DNA of 64,000 nt from Pedobacter sp. (GCA_050253415.1 JBFWJC010000002.1:384001-448000); one strand, 5' to 3'; shown: positions 1 through 9,868, counted from the stretch's first letter. Made by a program: numbers and translations. Notes: generated by a model not told the origin, from the letters alone.

Positions 1-32
1 TCGGCGAGAGCGGTTACGTGGATGGTTTATGA
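1..32 (+). CDS. 3' end of upstream MSHA-type pilin gene (probably MshC-like), partial
   Basis: Frame reads ..GESGYVDGL* with TGA at 30-32 overlapping the next ATG (ATGA coupling). Identity inferred from operon position only. Confidence 0.45.
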   Translation, partial: GESGYVDGL

Positions 33-493
33 GCAGGGTTAACGGCAGCGGGAATAGTCGGGGTTTTACCCTGATCGAACTGGTGATCTCCATGGTGGTG
101 GTCTCCATCGCCCTGGGCGGAGTGCTGATGGTGATGAATTATACTGTGCAGCACAGTGCCGATCCCATGTTGCAACACCAGGCAGTGGCCATTGCCGAGG
201 CCTATCTTGAGGAAGCGATGCTACGCTCGTTTGCGGATCCGGATGGGATAGATGGTGAAACGGCCCGCGATTTACTGGACGATGTGGACGACTATGACGG
301 TCTGAGCAATGTCGGTGCCCGCGATCAGGAAGGCACGGCGATTGCCGGTCTTGAGGCTTATACTATTTCTGTGGCTGTGGCCAATGCGGCTTTTAACGGA
401 ATCTCGGCCGCCGATTGCAAAAAAGTGACGGTGACGGTTACTCATCCCAGTGGGATTAACATAACGCTGAGCGGTCATCGCACCAATTATTGA
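29..493 (+). CDS. mshD: MSHA-type minor pilin, MshD-like
   Basis: Prepilin cleavage/N-methylation motif RG|FTLIEL plus hydrophobic helix; DDVDDYDG motif typical of MshD; followed by mshO/P/Q-like genes. Confidence 0.8.
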   Translation: MSRVNGSGNSRGFTLIELVISMVVVSIALGGVLMVMNYTVQHSADPMLQHQAVAIAEAYLEEAMLRSFADPDGIDGETARDLLDDVDDYDGLSNVGARDQEGTAIAGLEAYTISVAVANAAFNGISAADCKKVTVTVTHPSGINITLSGHRTNY

Positions 494-516
494 TGGCCTT
501 TGAAATAAGGCGATAT

Positions 517-754
517 CACCGCGGAGTACGCTGAGTTCGCTGAGAAAAACCCCTTTACATCGTGTAATAACAGGGATGTACAGGATACACAGGATGACAA
601 CCAAGAACTATGTTCTTAAGACTTTATCCTGAACATCCTGATTATCCCTGTTGGATTAGGTGGTAAGGATTTATGGTTTTTTTCCAAAGATTTCTATTTT
701 TGATAATTGTTTGGGTGTTAGGAACTTTTCCGCGCCCTCTGCGAGCTCAGCGGT
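517..754. repeat. Nested inverted-repeat element built from 9-bp units (copy 1)
   Basis: Outer arms 518-544 (accgcggag tacgctgag ttcgctgag) and 728-754. Inner arms 569-595 (aacagggatgtacaggatacacaggat) and 626-652 (atcctgaacatcctgattatccctgtt). AT-rich spacer. Confidence 0.8.
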
Positions 755-795
755 AAAAAAACAGTTTCTACTTTCCATTTTATACTGAGGTCCCG

Positions 796-1602
796 ATGCA
801 GCAGCTTTTTGCCCGCCATGATTCCGAACACGGCTTCACCCTGGTGGAGATGATCGTGGTGATGGTGATCATCGGAATTCTGGCGAGTCTGGGGGGGCTG
901 TTCATTGCGCGCCCCATCGAGGGTTTTCTCGATCTGTCACGGCGCGCGACCCTGGTCGATGCCGCAGAAAGCTCTTTGCGCCGCATGCAGCGCGATGTAC
1001 GCCAGGCACTGCCCAACAGTGTGCGTATCGGCTGCGGGGATCAGTGTCTTGAAGTTTTGCACACGGTTGACGGTGGTCGCTATCGGGCCTATGGTCCCGG
1101 CAATGTCCTTGATTTCATCCAGTCGGACGCCGACGGATTCGACGTGCTCGGTACCTTATCCGCCACTCCAAGCGTCGGCGATGACCTGGTGATTTACAAC
1201 CTGGCTGCTGGCGGAGTAAGCGGCAATGCCTATCTGGGTGACAACCGTCGGTCGGTGGCGTCAGGCAGCAGCGAAACGCACATCAATTTTACTCCTCAGG
1301 ATCGTTTCCCTCGTTCCTCCCCCTATCAGCGGTTTTTTCTTGTGGATGAAGCGGTCAGTTACGTGTGCGACCCGGTTGCCGGCACATTGACCCGTTATGC
1401 CGGGTATGCCATTTCCACCTCGCAATCGGTCGCTCCAGGCGGCAGTGCCGCCATCATGACCCGGCATCTGAATGCCTGTTCCTTCGTTTATCATCCCGGT
1501 ACACCGGAGCGGGCCGGATTGGTCACCATGCGATTGCAGCTCGCCGAAGAGGGCGAATCCGTCACACTTATGCAGCAGGTACACGTGGAGAACGCGCCAT
1601 GA
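796..1602 (+). CDS. mshO: MSHA biogenesis pilin-like protein, MshO-like
   Basis: G|FTLVEM prepilin motif; RDVRQALPNSVR and C-terminal QQVHVENAP typical of MshO. Confidence 0.8.
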   Translation: MQQLFARHDSEHGFTLVEMIVVMVIIGILASLGGLFIARPIEGFLDLSRRATLVDAAESSLRRMQRDVRQALPNSVRIGCGDQCLEVLHTVDGGRYRAYGPGNVLDFIQSDADGFDVLGTLSATPSVGDDLVIYNLAAGGVSGNAYLGDNRRSVASGSSETHINFTPQDRFPRSSPYQRFFLVDEAVSYVCDPVAGTLTRYAGYAISTSQSVAPGGSAAIMTRHLNACSFVYHPGTPERAGLVTMRLQLAEEGESVTLMQQVHVENAP

Positions 1603-2003
1603 TCGATAGGGGCCTGCTCGGTTCGCAAAAAGGGTTTTCCATCGTGACCGCCCTGTTCATCCTGCTGGTGCTGGCGGTGCTGGGTGGCTTCATGGTAACC
1701 ATGAGTGGCGTGCAGAGTCGTACCTCCCTGTGGGCGTTGCAGGGGGCGCGGGCCTATCACGCAGCCCGCAGCGGGCTGGAGTGGGGTGTTTTTCAGGATC
1801 TCTCCGCCGGTGCCTGCGTGTCTGATACCTTTACCGTTGATGGTTTTACCGTGAGCGTGACCTGCAGCGAGGAGTCGTTTACCGAGGGCGGACAGAATTA
1901 CAAGGTCTATAGCTTGACCTCCTTGGCGCAAACCGGAATTTATGGCAGCAACGATTATATCTCAAGGCAGTTGCGGGCCAGGATTACGGGAGCTACGCCA
2001 TGA
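1599..2003 (+). CDS. mshP: MSHA biogenesis protein MshP-like (PilX-type N-terminus)
   Basis: Start reassigned to ATG 1599 overlapping the mshO stop; QKG|FSIVTALFILLVL and ARAYHAARSGLEWG motifs. Confidence 0.8.
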   Translation: MIDRGLLGSQKGFSIVTALFILLVLAVLGGFMVTMSGVQSRTSLWALQGARAYHAARSGLEWGVFQDLSAGACVSDTFTVDGFTVSVTCSEESFTEGGQNYKVYSLTSLAQTGIYGSNDYISRQLRARITGATP

Positions 2004-5000
2004 TAGATAATAGTTTTTCAAAAGATGCAAGGTGGGTCCCAACTCTACTGGCGCTGGCAGTCATGTTCCTTGTTATCGGATCAGGTATTTCCCCGCCTTG
2101 TGTTTATGCCGCTGGCTGCTCCCCCCATATCGGGGATATGACCATCAATGAGGTTTATGAACTGGGCAGTGAGTCGTGGGTGGAGGTGCGCCTTCTGGAT
2201 ACCTCGTTGTCTTCGACTGTTTATAATCAGTGGTACATCCAGGTGTGTGCGAAAGGGGGATCCTGCGGTACCTATTCCATTTCCAGTGGGGAGGTTTTAT
2301 TGCCGGATAGTTATCCATCCTGGATCACGCTGGATGTAAGCTCGCAGGATGTCAATCTCCAGTCCAATGGCGGTATGGAGGTTCTTCTGTTTGATGAAAA
2401 CGGTGATGTGATCGATTATCTGTCGGTCAATAACCTTTATTCGCAACAGCCGGATTGCTCAAGTTTTCTGTATCCCACCGCGACTGGCAAACTCTTGTCC
2501 AGCCTGAAAGGCATTTACCGTTCCCCCGACGGAACCGGCGATTGGGAGGAGCTTGGTTCGCCAGGTGCTACGGGGGAACCCACAACCGGTTATGATAACG
2601 ACACACAAGATGCCTTCCCTGTTGTTCCCGTTGCCGAATGGCGTTTTGACGAGTGTGGGTATGACGGCACTTTGGCAATGGACAGTCAGGGATCCCATGA
2701 TGCTGTCGCTTATAATGCAGTAACCAGCGAAGCGGACGCTGTGGTGGGCCGGTCTGCGGTTTTAAGCTCTTCGAATCAAAAGTTTATCGCCAACAGCGAT
2801 GTGCCGATGACATCTCTGTGGACCGTCAGTGTCTGGTTCCAATGGCCGTATTCGACCAGCGAGGGTTCGCGCTATCATATTCTGGGGGCGATGGCCGGCG
2901 GCGGCGATATCATGTGGATAGATGACCATACTGACCGGTGGGGCATCTGGGATGGAAAGACATCTTACGATGGAACTTATCAGTTCTCTTCATTGTCCGA
3001 AGGCTGGCACCATATGGTTGTGGTGGGTACCAGGGAGTGGATTGGAGGGAAATGGTGGGGGTATTGGGTCGAACGTAGCGACCTTTACATCGATGGGAGC
3101 CGAGTTGATTCAATTAATGCCAGAAGTAATGGTAATTTGCATTATATCGGTACTTCGTATGATACCTATCTCGGAAACCAGGGGTTCCGCGCGTCGCTGG
3201 ATGAATTTCTGGTTTTTGATGAGGCTTTGGAGAGTGATGAAATTCGGGATCTCTATGATCTGCAAGTAGCTGGTCGCAACCTGGACGGGACTTATCGGTC
3301 GGATATCCTATGTGGGGCAGGCATCGATCATTTCGAGATCGTGCATGACGGCTCGGCTTTGACCTGTGCTCCGGAAACAGTGACGGTGCGGGCCTGTGCC
3401 GATGACGCTGATCCCTGCACCCTGTATACCGATGATGTGCAGATTACTTTGTCGCCTTCCGTTTGGATCAATGGAAATAGTCAAACCCTTGTCAACGGTA
3501 GCGATACTTTTCGCTTGCGGCATACCACCGCGGAGACCGTGACCCTCTCCGTTGTCGGGAATCCGGCCGCGGATCAGCCTGTGCAGTGTGTGGATGGCAG
3601 TAGCGGGGATTCCTGTAGCATGGTGTTCCATGAATCCGGATTTTTGTTCGATGTGCCCGATATGCAAGCCTGCACCGATAAGGAAAGCATCACCTTTTCC
3701 GCTGTTCGCGCCGATGCCACGGCTGAACATTGTATCGGTGACGACAGTTTTGCGGATACGACCCGCAATGTGGCTTTCTGGTCCACTTACCAGGAGCCGG
3801 ATACGGGGACCCTGGCTTTGGTGGTAAACGATACGGTGATCGGCGGGGCGGATCCCGGCACCGGGGTGTCTTTGACTTTCGATTCGGCAGCCAACAGTAC
3901 GGTCAAGGTCCGATACTCTGATGCGGGACGGTTGCTGTTGTCTGCCCGCTTTTCCGGCAGTGGCGAGGAAGCCGGTCTGGTGATGGAGGGTAGTGACAGT
4001 TTTGTTGTGGCGCCAGATCATCTGCGGGTGCGTGCCAGCACCGATGGGACAACCTTGTTGGATAATACCACCTCTACGGGTGATCCGTTTTGGCCGGCGG
4101 GAGGGGCTTTTGAAGTCGAGGTCGCCGGAGTATGCGCCGATGGTACGGTGACTCCAAACTTTGCTGCGTCGACCATTATTGCTGCCACGGCGGGAAATCC
4201 TGCGGCCGGGACTTTCACCGGTGGGCCGTTTGCCGCAGGCGATTACATCGATGGGGTCGTTAGTGATAGCGCCACCTACAGTGAGGTCGGTACCGTTACC
4301 CTGCAAGCGGAAGCAGCCAACTATCTCGGCAGTGACATCGATGTGAGCGGCAGTGTGACCATCGGTCGTTTTACACCGCATCACTTCAGCACCTCTGTTA
4401 ACAGCCCCTCGTTTGCCACGGGTTGCAGTGCCGGTGGGTTTACCTATGTCGGACAGGCTTTTAATTATGCCGATGTCCCGGTAATTACGGTCACCGCCAA
4501 AAATAAACAGGGAGACACGACGGCCAACTATACCGGCGAATGGTGGAAGATTACCGGTGCTACCCTTACGGGGAAAAACTACAGCGCTGCGGAAGGTTCC
4601 CTCGATGTCTCCGGCATCCCGACCTCGGATCCGGTGGTCTCAGATATCGGTGGTGGTTTGGGTCTGCTGACTTTTGACTCCGGCAGTGGCCTGAGCTTTG
4701 TACGCAGTGATCCGGTGGCGCCTTTCGATGCGGATATTAGTTTGGCCATTAATATATTCGATGCGGATGGCATAGCTGCCGATGCCAACCCGGTATCCTT
4801 CGGTGAGGCGACTGCCGGAAATGGTATCGCCTTCGATGCCGGCAAGGACATGCGCTGGGGGCGCCTTGTTATGAAAAATGCTTACGGCTCGGAGTTGCTG
4901 GCCCTGTCCATGCCTCTGCGCACCGAGTATTTTGACGGCACCGTTTTTGTGCAGAATCTGCAGGATGCTTGTACGGCGTTGGCACTTACTGACCTGGTGT

Positions 5001-5293
5001 TGAACAACGGCACAACAATTGTCCCCGGCGATCAACCCATCGCCGTCGGTAGCGGAAGCAGTCAGGCCACCCTGGGCAATATCCCCATGCTGACCGGCGA
5101 TGCAGGTCTGATTTTCAGTGCTCCCGGCTCTGACGGTTATGTTCAGATGCGGGTCGATCTGTCGCTGCTGCCCTGGTTGCATTACGATTGGGACGGGGAT
5201 GGCAGTCACGATGACGATCCGACTGCGCGTGCCAGCTTCGGTCTGTACAAGGGACGGCCCGGGATGATCTATATGCGGGAGAGCTTCCGCTAA
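2000..5293 (+). CDS. mshQ: MshQ-like large pilus-associated adhesin (LamG/ConA-like domain plus conserved MshQ-type C-terminus)
   Basis: Signal peptide; LamG-like stretch (WRFDE..WHHMVVV..LYIDG..F.ASLDEF); C-terminal GRLVMKNAYGSEL..PWLHYDW..ASFGLYKG..IYMRE; last gene of msh operon. Confidence 0.75.
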   Translation: MIDNSFSKDARWVPTLLALAVMFLVIGSGISPPCVYAAGCSPHIGDMTINEVYELGSESWVEVRLLDTSLSSTVYNQWYIQVCAKGGSCGTYSISSGEVLLPDSYPSWITLDVSSQDVNLQSNGGMEVLLFDENGDVIDYLSVNNLYSQQPDCSSFLYPTATGKLLSSLKGIYRSPDGTGDWEELGSPGATGEPTTGYDNDTQDAFPVVPVAEWRFDECGYDGTLAMDSQGSHDAVAYNAVTSEADAVVGRSAVLSSSNQKFIANSDVPMTSLWTVSVWFQWPYSTSEGSRYHILGAMAGGGDIMWIDDHTDRWGIWDGKTSYDGTYQFSSLSEGWHHMVVVGTREWIGGKWWGYWVERSDLYIDGSRVDSINARSNGNLHYIGTSYDTYLGNQGFRASLDEFLVFDEALESDEIRDLYDLQVAGRNLDGTYRSDILCGAGIDHFEIVHDGSALTCAPETVTVRACADDADPCTLYTDDVQITLSPSVWINGNSQTLVNGSDTFRLRHTTAETVTLSVVGNPAADQPVQCVDGSSGDSCSMVFHESGFLFDVPDMQACTDKESITFSAVRADATAEHCIGDDSFADTTRNVAFWSTYQEPDTGTLALVVNDTVIGGADPGTGVSLTFDSAANSTVKVRYSDAGRLLLSARFSGSGEEAGLVMEGSDSFVVAPDHLRVRASTDGTTLLDNTTSTGDPFWPAGGAFEVEVAGVCADGTVTPNFAASTIIAATAGNPAAGTFTGGPFAAGDYIDGVVSDSATYSEVGTVTLQAEAANYLGSDIDVSGSVTIGRFTPHHFSTSVNSPSFATGCSAGGFTYVGQAFNYADVPVITVTAKNKQGDTTANYTGEWWKITGATLTGKNYSAAEGSLDVSGIPTSDPVVSDIGGGLGLLTFDSGSGLSFVRSDPVAPFDADISLAINIFDADGIAADANPVSFGEATAGNGIAFDAGKDMRWGRLVMKNAYGSELLALSMPLRTEYFDGTVFVQNLQDACTALALTDLVLNNGTTIVPGDQPIAVGSGSSQATLGNIPMLTGDAGLIFSAPGSDGYVQMRVDLSLLPWLHYDWDGDGSHDDDPTARASFGLYKGRPGMIYMRESFR

Positions 5294-5417
5294 ACCGAGC
5301 GCATAAATTGGTTAGACTTGCCTCGGGTTCAAAGGGTGTGGAGGTAGATCGAAAATCAAAAACAGACTATGGTCTCGTCCACTCCTTTCAGGCACCAAGG
5401 ACGGCATGCAATGTTTT

Positions 5418-5463
5418 CTTGGCGTCTTTGCGGTTTTAGTGAGCAAAGCGAACGAGCGTGAGA
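5418..5463. repeat. Lone arm resembling the 9-mer-unit repeat family
   Basis: cttggcgtc tttgcggtt ttagtgagcaaagcgaacgagcgtgaga; periodic like the outer arms at 728-754; no partner arm seen. Confidence 0.4.
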
Positions 5464-5662
5464 TGCTTTCTGTGGACTCTGATTGAGTATATTCCAAAGG
5501 TATAATGCCCTGTAGATTTCGCGGCAATTGCTGTTCCCTCCAGAAAATACAGGTGTCTTACATTGAAGGCGGACTTGACCAAGGGCCATGATTCGTCTTT
5601 ACTTGAGAAAAACTTTGCAACTTTCAATACATGACAAACCAACGGGAAAGGATCCCCTTATC

Positions 5663-6475
5663 ATGACAGCACTGGGCAATATCGGTTTTATCGGTGGCGG
5701 CAATATGGGCGAGGCTCTTATCAAGGGATTGATCAAATCCGCGGTTCCGGCACACAACATTCGGGTGGCGGAGCCTAATGAGTCGCGCGCCCGGCAGTTG
5801 ACGGAGCGTTACGGCGTCAATTGCAGCAGCGATGCCGCCGAGGTGGTGCAGCACAGCAACCTGATCGTGTTGGCGATCAAGCCACAAGTCGTACCAGCCG
5901 CCATGCCGGGCATCGCCGCGGCGTTCAGCGATGCCAAGTTGCTGGTATCGATCGCGGCCGGTGTGACCAGCCGCTCCCTTGAGGAGTATTTTGATGGTGC
6001 GCCTCGCGTGGTGCGCGTCATGCCCAATACCCCGGCATTGGCCGGCGCGGGCGCTACCGCTTTGTGTGCCGGTCTTCACGCCACCAAGGAGGATCTGGCC
6101 ACTGCCATCCACCTGTTTGAGGGCGTAGGGACGGTTCATGTGGTCAGCGAAACCCAGATGGACGCCGTCACCGGTCTGTCCGGCAGCGGCCCGGCCTACG
6201 TTTATATGGTGATCGAGGCGATGGCTGCCGGTGGTGTTCTGGAAGGTTTGCCCATGGATACGGCATTGGCCCTGGCGACCCAGACGGTTTTTGGCACGGC
6301 GCAGCTGGTGAAGGAAAGCGGCGAGCATCCGGCAGTGCTGCGCGACAAAGTCTGTTCACCCGGTGGCACCACGATCGCGGCGGTCAAGGAGCTGGAAGAG
6401 AAGGGGCTGCGCGCGGCGCTTATCAAAGGTGTCTCTAAGGCGGCGAAGCGTTCCCGGGAGCTTGGCAAGGGGTAG
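5663..6475 (+). CDS. proC: Pyrroline-5-carboxylate reductase
   Basis: IGFIGGGNMG, RVMPNTP, TGLSGSGPAY and VCSPGGTT motifs; ATG 5663 follows AAAGGA. Confidence 0.95.
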   Translation: MTALGNIGFIGGGNMGEALIKGLIKSAVPAHNIRVAEPNESRARQLTERYGVNCSSDAAEVVQHSNLIVLAIKPQVVPAAMPGIAAAFSDAKLLVSIAAGVTSRSLEEYFDGAPRVVRVMPNTPALAGAGATALCAGLHATKEDLATAIHLFEGVGTVHVVSETQMDAVTGLSGSGPAYVYMVIEAMAAGGVLEGLPMDTALALATQTVFGTAQLVKESGEHPAVLRDKVCSPGGTTIAAVKELEEKGLRAALIKGVSKAAKRSRELGKG

Positions 6476-6483
6476 TTTCTGCC

Positions 6484-6604
6484 CGGAAAAGGTGCTTTTT
6501 CACCCTGGCGGCGTCAATCTCGGGTTTGCTTGTGCGGCGTACTGATGTACGCCTCCGCGCAAAGCCTTGATTTCCTTGCCAGGATAAAAAATCCCCGCTT
6601 TCCG
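6484..6604. repeat. About 120-bp imperfect palindrome (REP/MITE-like)
   Basis: Central hairpin ggcgtac-tgat-gtacgcc (6536-6553) with imperfect symmetry out to cggaaa (6484) / tttccg (6604). Confidence 0.65.
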
Positions 6605-6659
6605 AATCAGAAACTATTCGGTTTCTATCCGACCGGAGTGGTTTCACGGGTTGCTACGA

Positions 6660-6700
6660 AACAAAGAAAGGCCGATCGTGCGATCGGCCTTTTCTTTGTT
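6660..6700. terminator. Bidirectional intrinsic terminator
   Basis: aacaaagaaaggccgatcg-tg-cgatcggccttttctttgtt between convergent genes. Confidence 0.8.
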
Positions 6701-6724
6701 CACAATAGCGCTGCCAAGGTGGCC

Positions 6725-7105
6725 TTAGAAGGTCATGGCCAGGTCGATGGCGATGGCGACCACCGACAGGACAAAAATGATCAGGTAGTTCAGGCCTTCC
6801 TTGCTGACGGTCAGGGATGACAGGATGTAGCGGATGGCTTCGCGATCTTCATCGCCGAGCGTGCCGGCTTTGAGTTTGGGCAGAAGCTCCATGCCGATGA
6901 TGGTGCGGCGGCGCTTAAGGGTAATGCGGTAACGATAAAGGAAAAACATGCAGTAGCCGATGACACCGACATACCAGATGGGGCGAAACAAAGCGGGCCA
7001 CAGGCTGTTGGCCATGGGCAGAACCCGAAAACACAGAGATGACAAAAGGCCGGTCAGAAAGAATCCGTAAATGACGTAGGGTGGTACTTCCTTGGGTGGG
7101 GTCAT
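6725..7105 (-). CDS. Hypothetical membrane protein (about 3 TM segments)
   Basis: Hydrophobic segments; likely start MTPPKEVP at 7105. Confidence 0.65.
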   Translation of the reverse strand: MTPPKEVPPYVIYGFFLTGLLSSLCFRVLPMANSLWPALFRPIWYVGVIGYCMFFLYRYRITLKRRRTIIGMELLPKLKAGTLGDEDREAIRYILSSLTVSKEGLNYLIIFVLSVVAIAIDLAMTF

Positions 7106-7201
7106 AGTGGTTAACTCAAGTTGTTTGACGTAAGATGAAAAACCGTGACCTTTTAGGCCACGGATACGATATGCCAAAGGCCGTTCCCGGGGGAAACGGC
7201 C

Positions 7202-7414
7202 TTATTTTTTACACCGGCAAGAAGTACAGGCCGAAGCTTCCCGTTCTTTTTTCTCCGCATATTCGCGGTTTACTTTTTCGTAAAGCTCGATCTGCTCGGC
7301 CATGGAGAGTTTCTTTTTGCTCGACCTGCCGTGGCCAAGACAGGCGGCACAGCGTATATCGGAACACCATTGGCAGAATTTGCAGTCGGGACAGGGGTGT
7401 TTTTTTTCTTCCAT
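7202..7414 (-). CDS. Small Cys-rich putative metal-binding protein
   Basis: CPDCKFCQWCSDIRCAAC cluster; GAGGTG ribosome site upstream. Confidence 0.65.
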   Translation of the reverse strand: MEEKKHPCPDCKFCQWCSDIRCAACLGHGRSSKKKLSMAEQIELYEKVNREYAEKKEREASACTSCRCKK

Positions 7415-7486
7415 AACTCTTCACCTCGATGTTTCATTGTAGGACCAGGCCTGAGACGTGGCAAGGTCTTTTTTGCTTTGTCTTCT

Positions 7487-8764
7487 TCAGCTGGCGAGGC
7501 GGTGGCGTTGATGGTTGAGATACCAGGCTTCGCAGAACTCGCAGGTGAGTAACAGGAAAATGGCCAGGGCGATACCCGGTATGGGAACGGGACTCAGCAT
7601 GGCCAATGGCCAGGCCACTGCCAGGTAGGCGACTTTGGCCACCGTAGCCCAACCAAGGACCCCGGTGCGGTGGCACTGCGCAAACACGCCACGCCATAGA
7701 TTAACCGCCCCATACAGGATGGGAAACAGCGCACAGCTGGCAAGGGGCAAAGCAATATAGGCGCGCAGATCGGCTTTCAGTCCCATGCACCAGCCCAGTA
7801 CCGGCACATTGAGAGGGTATGCCACAGCCAGCATGATCAGAGCCATTATCGCGGCTACCAGCCGGGAAAAACGCATCAGTACGCGATAGTCCCGCTGGTC
7901 GTGAACCAGTGCCTGGTAAGCCTGCTGCAGGTTGCGCATGGGGCCGGCCAACAAAAAAATGAAGCCGCGTATGACTCCGAAGGCCGCCAGGGCTATGGTG
8001 GCGTCGGGCAGGCGACTGACGATAGCGCTGATCATCAGGGGGATAATCTGTTGCATGGAAGACGAAAAGGCTAGTGGCAGGCTGTAGCGAAACGTGTCGC
8101 GTACGCCATGTTCAGCGCTGCCTGTAGGAATGATTCCGCATTTGCAGGCAAACCAGAGCATCATCAGGCTTTCCACCGCGATACATCCCAGCAGGCCCAG
8201 CGCGCCGAGTTGCGGACCCGGGACGTGTCCGCCTGCCAGTAGCAGGATGACAACCAGAGAACCAATTCGGATCAGAGTGGACAGGGATACCAGTTCGGTG
8301 CGATGGGCGCGCATGACTATCCCTTGACACAGGCCGCGTATTCCGGTGAAAAAGGGCAAAAAAGCCAGAATTGCAATGACCTCACGGGCCCGTTTTGCAA
8401 GATCGGGCGACACGCCGATGAGTTGCTCAAACATGAATTGACCAAAGGGGGTCCAGGCAATCAGGGCCAGCATCATCGAAATACCCGAAGAAGCAGCCAG
8501 CACGAACAACGTAACGCTTATCAGCGAGCGGCGACCGCGAACCAGGGCGAGGGCAATGGTGTGGTTCTGATAACCGGGGGAAGCCAGGAACAGGTGCAGG
8601 GCGATGGCGACCGCAAAGGCGGCCAGATTGGCCACGGCATCGGCCTGGCGTGCCAGGGCCATGTTGATAATGTTATGGGAAAAGCTCATCAACTGGACAT
8701 TGAGCATGAGCGGAAAGAAAAATCGCGAAATCTGTCGCAGGGACAGCGGCGTTGCTTGGTTCAT
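7487..8764 (-). CDS. MATE/MOP-superfamily (ANKH-like) multipass membrane protein
   Basis: About 12 hydrophobic segments with two-fold repeat (FFFPL..LAAFAV / YSLPL..LAAFGV). Confidence 0.7.
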   Translation of the reverse strand: MNQATPLSLRQISRFFFPLMLNVQLMSFSHNIINMALARQADAVANLAAFAVAIALHLFLASPGYQNHTIALALVRGRRSLISVTLFVLAASSGISMMLALIAWTPFGQFMFEQLIGVSPDLAKRAREVIAILAFLPFFTGIRGLCQGIVMRAHRTELVSLSTLIRIGSLVVILLLAGGHVPGPQLGALGLLGCIAVESLMMLWFACKCGIIPTGSAEHGVRDTFRYSLPLAFSSSMQQIIPLMISAIVSRLPDATIALAAFGVIRGFIFLLAGPMRNLQQAYQALVHDQRDYRVLMRFSRLVAAIMALIMLAVAYPLNVPVLGWCMGLKADLRAYIALPLASCALFPILYGAVNLWRGVFAQCHRTGVLGWATVAKVAYLAVAWPLAMLSPVPIPGIALAIFLLLTCEFCEAWYLNHQRHRLAS

Positions 8765-8803
8765 GAAGGAAATCAGTCCGGTAAAGGGTGACGCGTGCCT
8801 TGC

Positions 8804-9433
8804 TCAGGCCGGAAACAGGCGCAGCAGGTCCTGTGGGGTCTCGGCCAGATAGTCGTAAGGGAATCCATCCGTGCGGCCTATGCCCCAGGCGCAAAAGCAG
8901 GTTTTGACCCCGGCGGCGTGGCCGGCACGCAGGTCGGTATGGTGGTCGCCGATCATGACAGCGTGCTCGACATCGGCCCGCATGTCACGCAGCGCCATAA
9001 AGACGGGGGCAGGATCAGGTTTCTTGGGGAGATTGCCGTTGGCGCCGACGATGCTGGTAAAAAAGGCCGTAAGACCCAATTCGTATAGCAGTCGCAAAGT
9101 CATGTCGTAAGGTTTGTTGGTGACAACGGCCATGTTTTTACCCTGGTGGGCCATGAGGAAATCGCCGATTCCGGGATACAGGACGGTCTGGTCGAGCAGG
9201 TGTTCATTGTAAAGGTGCAGGAATCTTCGAAGATGCTGTTCTGAAAATACATTTTCAGGCAGTGCGCGGCGCACCAGCATGGTGGCCCCGTCGCCGACAT
9301 AGTCGCGCACCTGATCGATGGGCAGAGGCCCAAGATCGAGTTCTTCGCGCAGCAGGTTTACCGCGGTACCAAGGTCGGCGACCGAGTCAACGAGGGTACC
9401 GTCAAGGTCGAACAACAGAGTGTCAAAAGCCAT
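8804..9433 (-). CDS. gph: HAD-family hydrolase, phosphoglycolate phosphatase-like
   Basis: FDLDGTLVDS, VTNK, KPDP and MIGD motifs. Confidence 0.85.
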   Translation of the reverse strand: MAFDTLLFDLDGTLVDSVADLGTAVNLLREELDLGPLPIDQVRDYVGDGATMLVRRALPENVFSEQHLRRFLHLYNEHLLDQTVLYPGIGDFLMAHQGKNMAVVTNKPYDMTLRLLYELGLTAFFTSIVGANGNLPKKPDPAPVFMALRDMRADVEHAVMIGDHHTDLRAGHAAGVKTCFCAWGIGRTDGFPYDYLAETPQDLLRLFPA

Positions 9434-9489
9434 GGCGCGTACCTCCGGTGATGTTTTTGGTTTGCGCAGCGGGAAAAGAGAATTATTTT

Positions 9490-9809
9490 ACCACGAAGAG
9501 CACGAAGGACACGGAGAAGTTCCAATAACGACAAAGCTACCACGAACAGGGATATTCAGGATAGACAGGATGAAAACCAGGGGACTTGGGTTTATAGCCT
9601 GCATATTCCTGTAAAAGCAAGATTGACTGGGACAACGATCATCAACATATAAGATCACGAAAATAATAGGGAGCTTCTTTTGCTTCTGCTAAAAAGAGAT
9701 TTTTCGATGTATTGTCCGAGAACTTCAAATTCTTGGAGAAATTCTATCTTATCCGGATTGGTAGGATCTTCGCCTTGGTTCTCTTCGTGTTCTTCGCGTC
9801 CTTCGTGGT
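9490..9809. repeat. Nested inverted-repeat element built from 9-bp units (copy 2)
   Basis: Outer arms accacgaag agcacgaag gacacggag (9490-9516) and cttcgtgtt cttcgcgtc cttcgtggt (9783-9809). Inner left arm aacagggatattcaggatagacaggat (9545-9571) with decayed right arm near 9594-9613. Confidence 0.85.
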
Positions 9810-9868
9810 GTGAAAAATACGACAAACCTGCACCTCGTTATTTGTGTCGAGGATGCTGAAACAAGTGA

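Noticed and set aside
5318..5395. Weak dyad symmetry after mshQ
   Set aside because: Pairing is too imperfect to call a terminator or repeat with confidence.
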